Positions 25,870 through 33,987 of a DNA stretch of 42,078 nucleotides are shown here, in pieces; position 1 is the first letter of the stretch; each line of letters begins with the position of its first letter. A program made the position numbers and the translations under genes. The notes under the pieces were generated by a model. It was not told the origin of the DNA and ran no database searches. It was given only the letters and a program-made list of their open reading frames with translations. The stretch spans positions 1 to 42,078 of the forward strand of contig CAYOFY010000006.1 of the NCBI GenBank assembly GCA_964403465.1, written 5' to 3'. This DNA is from an uncultured bacterium. Lineage in GTDB: Bacteria > Ratteibacteria > UBA8468 > B48-G9 > JAFGKM01.

Positions 25870-27556
25870 GATGGAAACCAGGATCGTGGTTGATTCAGGA
25901 AGCCAGGTTAATCACAGGAGGGTCGGGAAGTCCATTGTCCGGGCCCTTGAGCACCTTGGCGTCCACTATGAGCCTGTCGACCTTTCCTGGACAAGGATTT
26001 CCTACGAAGAACTTGAAAACGTCCACCTCCTGGTACTCGCGCAGGAAGGGATAGGGAAATCCCTCAGCGGAGAAGAAACCAGCATCATCCTGAGGACGGT
26101 AAACCAGGGGATGGGCCTTCTGGTTCTTGACGGATACCTTGAGTGGTATCCTGCCTCCTTCCTGAGAGATATCAGTCTTGAAAGAGGGGGTTCAGGCAGA
26201 ACCGAATCTCTGAGAGTCTCTCCCGGAAACCGCATCATAAGAAGTATCTCAAGCCCCAAGGTTGAAATGAAGATGCCGGTACTGTCCTATAACGTACCGA
26301 AGACTCCCGAATGGAATCCTCTTTTGCTTGATGGACAGGATAACATCTGCGGCGTATACAGGAAGTTCGGAAAGGGCAGGATTGTATTTTTTCTGCTCTC
26401 CGCTTCGCTGTGGCAGGATGAATATCTCGGGTTAACGGCGGGTCTTGACGGCCTTTTCCGCAGCAGCGTTTCCTGGGCGGCAAAAAAACCATACATCATG
26501 AAAGCAATGCCGCCCTTTGTTGCCGCAAGGATTGACGATGTCTCCTTTTCCGGGAGTCCTGTCGCCGCATGCAGGGAAACCGTTGAGGGTGCCGCGTGGC
26601 TTGACATATTGAACAGGTTCAACTTCGTGCCGAATACGGGATTGTTCATAGACGATATACAGAACCGGGACATCAGACGCATGCGGGAAAAATATTACGA
26701 CGGCCTTGCCGAGTTCTCGCCGCACGCCTTTACGGACCCGGACAACACTAATGGAAGCCCCATCTACATGAAGCACAGCGGCGAGGAGTTTACCGAGGAT
26801 GTCCTGGGGGCAAACTTTGAAAAGGTTGACAGGAAATTCGCCGGGTTCGGCATCACGCCGGCAAAGACCGTCAATGCACACTTCGGTGAAATCGGCCTCA
26901 GGGCGCTGCCTTTCCTCAAGGCGAGGAAGGAGAGGTATCTCATGAATCCCATAAGGGTTGGCAGGGTCTGGGCTGACCGGTCCGCGCATTCGTGGGATGT
27001 CGGACCTTACGGGAAGCCGGCATTTTCCCTGGGAATCATACCCGAGGACAGGGATTTCTTCAATGTGACGTCCCATCCGGGAATTATGGATTCAGAATCG
27101 CCCGACTTTGATTTTCTCTGCGGATGCACGACATTCTGGAAAGAAAATTCTTCCACCGATGTCAAAAAGGCAGTGGAGAGGGGGCTCTTTCATATCAAGA
27201 GGGGGCTTGAGAACGGTTTTTTCGGTTGCCTGATGACGCACGAGGAGAGGATTGCGCACCTTACGCCCGGGGAGTGGGAAACAATTCTCAGGGGCATATC
27301 TTCGGGATTGAAAGATATTCCCCACACGCTCAAGAGTTACGATTACATAAGCAGTTATGCTGAAAACAGGACTTTCTACAGGATAGAAAAGGCGGAGTTC
27401 AGCAAGAACCTGTCCATATGGCTAAAGGGCAGGAATACCATGCCGCAGTATCTCTGCCTCTTCCTTGACGAAGGCGACTCCACCGTGGAGAGTTTTCTTG
27501 AAGTTCCCGTCTTTGAAAACTCCGTCGTTCTGAACTTCCAGTTGAGACAGCCCTGA
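25870..27556 (+). CDS. Hypothetical protein, possibly with a NodB/polysaccharide-deacetylase-like barrel
   Basis: Long ORF with ARIDD, EFSPHAF, NAHFGE and LMTHEE, spaced like the Asp-His-His motifs of carbohydrate esterases. N-terminal part resembles a GATase-like fold (GKGRIVFF). Function is inferred; start 25859 or 25870. Confidence 0.6.
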
Positions 27557-27601
27557 TCCAGATAGGAGAAGTCAAAAACCATCCCCCTTTGGCAAAATGG
27601 G

Positions 27602-28393
27602 TCAAAATTCCCCGGCCAGTTCTGATGAAATTTTTTCAACAGTTTTTTTAACTCTTTCCAGAGAGCCTATGTTATCGATTATCGAATCAAGATAAAGGTC
27701 ATTGAAAACTACAAAACCGTTCTTAAGATAGATAAAATATTTATGAAACGAAGACAATGCTTTCCTATAGCCATCCTTATCCTTAACTCGCGGGCTCTGA
27801 GATTTTCTCTCAAACTCTTTTAAATCAAAAACAGCATAAGGAATAGTAACTACCTTGCTTTTTCTCACAATTTTCAGGGCCTCTTTTCGTTGACTTATTT
27901 TGGCTATCTGGAAACCTATACTATTTATTCTCGCATCTATCCCCTTGCTATCCAAATCGGCGTTGGATTCAATTAATAAATCCCTGCTTTTTTTGGCACA
28001 TAGAGCTCTAAATAAATAGCAGAAATCCAACTGAGTGAGTACTGATACCCAGGTTCTATACATTCTGGCTTTAAATCCGAGGGAAACCTTCTCATCCAAG
28101 TCACCATTAATCTTATCATCATAAAATTTTCTATGTGCACGAACGAGGTCTTTTAAATCGCCAAATTTCTCTTTATTTCTAATTTCACTCCAGAATTTGG
28201 CAAACCAATCTTCGAAACTTAAAAAATCACGAGATTCCCAGTAGTTGCTGTAGATTGACGGCAGAGGGTATAGGGAAGGTACCAAATCTTGTTCTACCCA
28301 CTTGACATCTCTTAATTCTTCCCTGTATTTATCCAGGGGGATACTTTCAAGAAATTTGCGATATTTTTCTAAGTCAGTAATTGGATTTTTCAT
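27602..28393 (-). CDS. Type II restriction endonuclease, TaqI family
   Basis: FLESIPLDKY...VKWVEQDL...PLPSIY..YW, G.KAR.YRT.VS..TQ..FCY, LDSKGIDA and LKNGFVVF match my recollection of R.TaqI. 263 aa from ATG 28393, which overlaps the MTase stop (ATGA). Confidence 0.85.
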   Translation of the reverse strand: MKNPITDLEKYRKFLESIPLDKYREELRDVKWVEQDLVPSLYPLPSIYSNYWESRDFLSFEDWFAKFWSEIRNKEKFGDLKDLVRAHRKFYDDKINGDLDEKVSLGFKARMYRTWVSVLTQLDFCYLFRALCAKKSRDLLIESNADLDSKGIDARINSIGFQIAKISQRKEALKIVRKSKVVTIPYAVFDLKEFERKSQSPRVKDKDGYRKALSSFHKYFIYLKNGFVVFNDLYLDSIIDNIGSLERVKKTVEKISSELAGEF

Positions 28394-29799
28394 CGGAAAC
28401 ACCTTCTTATTTTCTCCCATTCTTTCTTGATCGGCAGAGGAAGATTTTTTAATTGGGTAATGCTCAAATGGTATGTAATCTCCCTGTAAACATCCTTCAC
28501 GTATCTATTTATAAAATCCGAATTTAAATACTCCACCACCAGAGAATCGCTTATATCGCAATTAATGTTAAACAGGTTGGGTCTCTTTAGCAAATGATAG
28601 ACATCCCCCATCCATGGATAGCATTTTTCATCAAGAGAAGCTCCTATTCTTCCGTTTCCACGGAAGCCTAATCCGACTACAATATGCGGCATATTAAAAT
28701 ATCCACGTAGTTTTTTTGCATCGGTCTTTTTAATCCAGTAACCTGTAAGGTTATTATAAATAATTTCATTATATTTAAGGTTTCTACCATTCAAAATAGG
28801 CATATAACCGTTTTCCCTGAAAATTTTTTCTTCTTTTATTATGCGGGGATTATTCTTAATTTCAGGAGTTCGTGGCGAAATTCTAATTTCATAAATATCG
28901 CCCAAACTATAAGAACAACATTGTTCCAGCATACGGGTGTACTTTGTTTCGAATTTTACTGTTTCACCTTGCCAATTAGAATTGGTTGTTATCGTTTCAA
29001 ATGCATTATTCCGATATTCCAGAAGTTCTAACCTGGAAATAAACTCTTTGGACTTTACAAAATTTAATATAACCGATGAAACATCAGCTTCCGGCTTAAA
29101 AACATCGGGTCCTAAGTAAATTATGGCGCTTCCTCCATTTTGGGAAAGAAAACCCCGAAGTTTTTTAAACTCATCCAGAATCATGAATGTTGCAGGAACG
29201 ATAAAAATCAATTGCCCTTTATCCTTAAGCAATTTGATTGATTTTTCTATAAAAGCACCGTAAACATTGTATTTTCCATACCATGTTTCATATAAACTTT
29301 TGTATTTATTCTTGGTGGGAAGGTCTATTTTAATAGTATAATGTTCAGAAGGGCTGGGAATTCCATAAGGCGGGTTGCCGATAATCAAATCAAAAGAGGA
29401 CCTTGTATTCCATTGCAGGTAATCATCGTTGATTATCTGAATGTTGTTGTCAACATTTAAAGTAGTTAAATAATTGATTACATCCTGGTTAATTTCCACC
29501 CCAAGGAGACGTGCTTGCTTAAAAAGTGCAGGTTTATTCCTCTTAATTCCAATTAAGAACTGCGTTAAGCCACAGGCCGGTTCAAGAATATTAGTTTTTC
29601 TATCAGGATATTCGGGAAGATTTATCAAATTTACCATGAAATCAACAATTCGTTCAGGTGTAAAGAAAATTCCATAGTTTTTTTTAACACCTTTGAGATT
29701 GTTATTTACAATATTTTGATGTATTTTATAGTCAATCAATACCTCCTCTTTTATAAGTAGTGGTTTGTATATTTCCCCTTGATATCTTGTTTTTTTCAT
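28390..29799 (-). CDS. N6-adenine DNA methyltransferase, M.TaqI-like (gamma class)
   Basis: GIFFTPE.IVDFM, ILEPACG, GVEI, FDLIIGNPPYG, GKYNVYGAFIEK and C-terminal TaqI_C-like target recognition domain (PHIVVG, YPWMGD). The ORF-track extension to 30213 is antisense to hisB; exact start uncertain. Confidence 0.88.
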   Translation of the reverse strand: MKKTRYQGEIYKPLLIKEEVLIDYKIHQNIVNNNLKGVKKNYGIFFTPERIVDFMVNLINLPEYPDRKTNILEPACGLTQFLIGIKRNKPALFKQARLLGVEINQDVINYLTTLNVDNNIQIINDDYLQWNTRSSFDLIIGNPPYGIPSPSEHYTIKIDLPTKNKYKSLYETWYGKYNVYGAFIEKSIKLLKDKGQLIFIVPATFMILDEFKKLRGFLSQNGGSAIIYLGPDVFKPEADVSSVILNFVKSKEFISRLELLEYRNNAFETITTNSNWQGETVKFETKYTRMLEQCCSYSLGDIYEIRISPRTPEIKNNPRIIKEEKIFRENGYMPILNGRNLKYNEIIYNNLTGYWIKKTDAKKLRGYFNMPHIVVGLGFRGNGRIGASLDEKCYPWMGDVYHLLKRPNLFNINCDISDSLVVEYLNSDFINRYVKDVYREITYHLSITQLKNLPLPIKKEWEKIRRCFR

Positions 29800-29922
29800 G
29801 GTATGAAAAGTTGTCTGGCAAAAAGATGAAAAATCTACCTGCAAAGGCCCTCCGGTCGTTCTCTTAATCCCAACGGTAGTATTATACAATAAAATAGAAA
29901 ATCTGAAAATTTGTGCGGCGAA

Positions 29923-29950
29923 TTGACAGACGGGGCGGTTTTGATAAAAT
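29923..29950 (+). promoter_or_regulatory. Sigma70 promoter of hisB-xerC (probably leaderless)
   Basis: TTGACA (29923-29928), 16-nt spacer, TAAAAT (29945-29950) with TG extension; ATG follows after 6 nt. Confidence 0.7.
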
Positions 29951-29956
29951 AAAGGT

Positions 29957-30541
29957 ATGGAAAGAAAGGCGAAGGTAGAGAGGAAAACAAAAGAGACTGA
30001 CATATCGGTAGATATAAACCTTGACGGCAGGGGTGATTGCAGCATATCCACCGGGGTTGGCTTTCTTGACCACATGCTGGAACTTCTCTCCAGATTCTCA
30101 GGCATTGACATCAGGATAAAGGCGAAGGGTGACCTTGAGGTTGATGAGCACCATCTTGTGGAGGATGCGGGTATATGCCTGGGGCAGGCGCTGAAGAATG
30201 CGCTCGGCGACAAGAAGGGGATAAGGAGGTTCGGTTATGCCTCGTCACCCATGGACGAGACGCTGGTAAATGCATCGCTTGACATATCTGGCCGGCCTCT
30301 GCTTGTTTTCAACGTTCCGGCCGTGAGGGGCCGCGAGGGGAGTTTTGAAACCGAGGATGCAAAAGAGTTTATAAAAGGGTTTGCGATGCACGGCGGCATA
30401 ACGCTTCACATAAACCTTGTTTACGGGGAGAACCTGCATCACATCAACGAGGCGGTTTTCAAATCGCTGGCGCTCGCTCTGAGGGATGCCGTCAGGATTG
30501 AAGGAAACCGCATCCCGTCAACGAAGGGGAAGATAGACTGA
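29957..30541 (+). CDS. hisB: Imidazoleglycerol-phosphate dehydratase
   Basis: RKTKETDI, FLDHML, GDLEVDEHHLVED, PMDE, N.HH..EA.FK and PSTKG. Confidence 0.96.
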   Translation: MERKAKVERKTKETDISVDINLDGRGDCSISTGVGFLDHMLELLSRFSGIDIRIKAKGDLEVDEHHLVEDAGICLGQALKNALGDKKGIRRFGYASSPMDETLVNASLDISGRPLLVFNVPAVRGREGSFETEDAKEFIKGFAMHGGITLHINLVYGENLHHINEAVFKSLALALRDAVRIEGNRIPSTKGKID

Positions 30542-30549
30542 CGCAACTC

Positions 30550-31425
30550 ATGAAACAGTCGCTCAAGAAATTCCTTGACTACCTTGCCCACCAGAAGAAC
30601 TGCTCTTCCAATACGATACGGGCGTACAAAACAGACCTGCGGCAGTTCCTTGCATTCCTGAGCGGCAGGAGGGTATCCTCGCTCCGGGGGGTGGATTATC
30701 CCTTGCTTCTGAACTTCCTGGCCCATCTCAAGGAAGGGGATGACTGCACCGAGAAAACGCTGGCAAGGAAGGTGGCGAGCCTGAAGGCATTTTTCAGGTT
30801 CCTGAGCGGCAGGAAGATGATTCATTCCAATCCTGCACTGCTCCTGCGTTCACCGAAGGTTCCCGAAAGACTCCCTGTATTTCTCACCGTCAAGGAAATG
30901 CTCAGGATTATTGAAGCGCCCTCGGGCGGAAACTGGCAGGCAGCCAGGGACAGGGCGATACTGGAAATCCTGTATGCGACAGGCATAAGGGTCGGAGAGC
31001 TGACCTCGCTGAAAAGGAAGAACGTGGACTTGGTGGAAGAGATGGTAAAGGTTGAAGGCAAGGGGAAGAAGGAGAGGATTGTGCCTGTCGGCAGGCCGGC
31101 AATCAACGCCCTCATAGAGTACATGGAAAGAAAGCCGCACAGAGGGGAAGAAACGGTCTTCCTGAACAAGTACGGCAGGCCGCTGACGGAAAGGGGTGTC
31201 GAGAGGATTGTTGACAAATACGCAAGGCACGCAGGTATGGGCAGAAAGATTACACCGCATACCTTCCGGCACACCTTTGCGACCCACATGCTTGAGAGGG
31301 GTGCCGATCTCAGGACCGTCCAGGAACTTCTGGGGCACGAGAGGATAACCACCACCCAGATCTACACCCATCTTACCGTTGAACGGCTCAGGGAGTTCTA
31401 CAATAAAGCCCATCCCCGCGCCTGA
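30550..31425 (+). CDS. xerC: Tyrosine recombinase XerC/XerD
   Basis: T..AY..DL, RDRAILE.LYATGIRV.EL, GKG.KER, TPHTFRHTFATH, LLGH, TTQIYTH and HPRA end. Confidence 0.9.
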   Translation: MKQSLKKFLDYLAHQKNCSSNTIRAYKTDLRQFLAFLSGRRVSSLRGVDYPLLLNFLAHLKEGDDCTEKTLARKVASLKAFFRFLSGRKMIHSNPALLLRSPKVPERLPVFLTVKEMLRIIEAPSGGNWQAARDRAILEILYATGIRVGELTSLKRKNVDLVEEMVKVEGKGKKERIVPVGRPAINALIEYMERKPHRGEETVFLNKYGRPLTERGVERIVDKYARHAGMGRKITPHTFRHTFATHMLERGADLRTVQELLGHERITTTQIYTHLTVERLREFYNKAHPRA

Positions 31426-31606
31426 TTCCGATTAGTCTTTCTTCATATAGCTTCGTTGGCTGCGTCGTCGGTATCCTCAGCGTATTCTTTACATACGCTT
31501 CGTCGTCCCGAATAAGATGCATCGGGATCCCGACAAAGGCCGTCTGCCTTTGTCAGTCGGGACCTCCTCCTTGCCGTCTTGCTATATTTTGAAATACTAA
31601 CCGGGA
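31426..31606. repeat. ERIC/IRU-like hairpin element, copy 2, with an internal 57-bp cassette at 31506-31562
   Basis: Same core as copy 1. Long imperfect terminal stem TTCCG-ATTAGT...TTCA-TATAGC / GCTATA-TTTTGAA-ATACTAA-CCGGGA. Confidence 0.8.
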
Positions 31607-31636
31607 GAACTTAAAGAGGTGTGTTATAATAAAAAA

Positions 31637-33982
31637 ATGAAAAAATACGATAATTCTTCAAGGGTTGAGGAAATTGCCGTTTCAAGGTTCGGGAAGGAAA
31701 TAATCTATCCTCCATACGAAAAAATCAAGGTGCTGGAAGTCCCGAATTTCCCGTCCCTGGGAAATATAGCAGCTCTGCGTTTCATTGAATGGTTGCAGAA
31801 AAACCCGGGAGGCGTTGTCTCGCTGCCCACGGGCAAAACCCCTGAGCATTTCATCAACTGGACCGATTACTACCTTGAAAGGTGGAGCGACGGCAGGGTG
31901 AAGAAAGAACTGGCATCGTGGGGCATTGACACATCCTTCCCGCCTGAAATGAAGTCCTGCTTGTTTGTGCAGATAGACGAGTTTTATCCCATAGACCCCG
32001 GGAGGGAGAATAGTTTCAGCCACTACATCAGAAAGTTCTATATCAGCGGTTTCGGGATGGACAGGAAAAAGGCGCTCCTGATGGATACCTGGACGACCGG
32101 CGTTCCTGCCGGCAGGAATCTCTCCTCCGTCTTCCCTGAAGGCAGGGTGGACCTATCCCTGCGGCACAGGAAGCCGAGGAACGAAACCGAACGTCAGCAG
32201 CAGGAGGCGCTGTACGGAATAGACAGGTTCGCAATGGAGTACGAGAACAGGATAGATGAGCTCGGAGGAATAGGTTTTTTCCTCGGGGGCATAGGTCCGG
32301 ACGGACACATCGCATTCAACATAAGGGGCTCGGATCATAATTCAACAACAAGGGTGCTGAACATCAACTATGAAACCGCCGCGGCTTCGGCAGGCGACCT
32401 GGGTGGAATAGAGATATCAAGGGACAAGGCTGTTATGACCATAGGCCTTGCCACGATTGCCAGGAACCCGTCGGTTACCGCAATCATCATGGCCGCGGGC
32501 GAGAGCAAGGCGGCCGTTGTAAGAAATGCGGTTGAGGAAAAACAGGATATTCTCTATCCCGCAACGTCCCTTCACGGAACCCCGGGTGCGAGGTTCTACC
32601 TGACGACGGGCGCTGCAAGCGCGCTGACCGGAAGAAGGATAGACAGGCTGAAGCGGTGCAGGAAAATCCCGTCTTCAGAAAAAGAGAGAATCCTGGTGGA
32701 TATATCCTACGGCCAGAACAGGAAGATTACCGAGTTATCCAATTCCGACGTCAGGAAAGATGTTTTCGGGAAGGTTCTCCTGGAGAAGGAGAAAAAACTG
32801 CGGCTCAAGGACCTGACGGAAAAGATAGACAGGGATTTCAGGCGGAGGATTCACAGGGGCAGGCAGGAGACAGGAAACAGGGTTTTCCTGCACACGGCCC
32901 CGCACCACGACGACATCATGCTGGGGTACCTTCCCTACATACTTCACCTTGTGAGGCAGCCCACCAGTTCCCACTTCTTCGCAACATTGACCAGCGGTTT
33001 TACGTCCATCACCAACAGTTACACGCTCCTCATGCTGGAGAACATGGAAAGGTTTGCAGGGGAAGGGAGATTGAAGCGCCTTATCGCCGAGAAGGACTAT
33101 TTCAGGCCTGATAACGTGGTCGGACGCAACAGGGACGTATACAGGTACCTTGACGGCGTTGCGGCAGGCAGGGAAGAGGTCAGAAGAGAAGCAGAGGCCA
33201 GGAGATGCCTGAGGAATATGGCAGAGGTCGCCTCCACGCAGGAAATCGGCAGGATACTGGAAAAGAGCGCGGCTCTGAAGAGGTCGATATTGAATTCTTA
33301 TCCCGGAAAGAAGGATACACCGGACGTTCAGAGGATGAAGGGCATGATACGGGAATGGGAGGAGGAACTTCTTTGGGCTCACCTTGGTTTCAGTTGCGAC
33401 AACATCTTCCATCTCCGGCTCGGGTTCTATACCGGAGACATCTTTACCCCCCAGCCCGAGTGGAAGCGGGATGTAAAACCTTTTCTTGCGGTCATGGAGA
33501 GGGTCAGGCCCGATATTGTTACCGTCGCCTTTGACCCGGAAGGGACCGGTCCCGATACCCATTACAAGGTGTTGCAGGTAATCACCGAAGGTGTTAAGAA
33601 GCATGTTTCCGAAACGGGTAAGCGCGTGAAGATATGGGGGTACAGGAACATATGGCACAGGTTCCACCCTTCGGATGCAAACATCTACGTTCCCGTTTCA
33701 ATGAATTCCCTTGCCATCCTGAGGAGCGCATTTGACACCTGTTTTTCTTCCCAGAGGAGCGCATCTTTCCCGAGTTACGAGCATGACGGGCCCTTTTCGG
33801 AACTCGCCCAGAAGATAATGGTTGAGCAGGGCGCTCTCATTAAGAAAGTTCTTGGAAGGGACTTCTTCGGGGGCAGCAGGTTTGCCCGCATAAGGGCAAG
33901 CAGAGGAGTGAACTTCATAAAGGAGATGGATGTTGAAGAGTTCTTCGCACATGCGCGCAGCCTGAAGGAGTTGATGGAATAG
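31637..33982 (+). CDS. nagB: Glucosamine-6-phosphate deaminase fused to a PIG-L/LmbE-like deacetylase domain
   Basis: SLPTGKTP, QIDEFYP, GGIGPDGHIAFN and MTIGL..I in the N-terminal part; HTAPHHDDIMLG, DP...GPDTH and SFPS..HDGPF in the C-terminal part. Start moved to ATG 31637. Confidence 0.85.
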   Translation: MKKYDNSSRVEEIAVSRFGKEIIYPPYEKIKVLEVPNFPSLGNIAALRFIEWLQKNPGGVVSLPTGKTPEHFINWTDYYLERWSDGRVKKELASWGIDTSFPPEMKSCLFVQIDEFYPIDPGRENSFSHYIRKFYISGFGMDRKKALLMDTWTTGVPAGRNLSSVFPEGRVDLSLRHRKPRNETERQQQEALYGIDRFAMEYENRIDELGGIGFFLGGIGPDGHIAFNIRGSDHNSTTRVLNINYETAAASAGDLGGIEISRDKAVMTIGLATIARNPSVTAIIMAAGESKAAVVRNAVEEKQDILYPATSLHGTPGARFYLTTGAASALTGRRIDRLKRCRKIPSSEKERILVDISYGQNRKITELSNSDVRKDVFGKVLLEKEKKLRLKDLTEKIDRDFRRRIHRGRQETGNRVFLHTAPHHDDIMLGYLPYILHLVRQPTSSHFFATLTSGFTSITNSYTLLMLENMERFAGEGRLKRLIAEKDYFRPDNVVGRNRDVYRYLDGVAAGREEVRREAEARRCLRNMAEVASTQEIGRILEKSAALKRSILNSYPGKKDTPDVQRMKGMIREWEEELLWAHLGFSCDNIFHLRLGFYTGDIFTPQPEWKRDVKPFLAVMERVRPDIVTVAFDPEGTGPDTHYKVLQVITEGVKKHVSETGKRVKIWGYRNIWHRFHPSDANIYVPVSMNSLAILRSAFDTCFSSQRSASFPSYEHDGPFSELAQKIMVEQGALIKKVLGRDFFGGSRFARIRASRGVNFIKEMDVEEFFAHARSLKELME

Positions 33983-33987
33983 CAGGT

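Noticed and set aside
28390-30213. 607-aa ORF suggesting a methyltransferase with a long N-terminal extension
   Set aside because: The first ~138 codons are the antisense of hisB and the intergenic promoter region. Methyltransferase motifs begin only after about 29799, and a minus-strand TATAAT lies at 29886-29881.
30550-31425. Tyrosine recombinase as the integrase of an island carrying the R-M system
   Set aside because: It has typical XerC/D length and HPRA ending, is coupled to housekeeping hisB, and no att-like repeats or tRNA were seen.
20903-31606. Repeats as a CRISPR array
   Set aside because: Only two copies 10.5 kb apart, no repeat-spacer periodicity and no cas genes.
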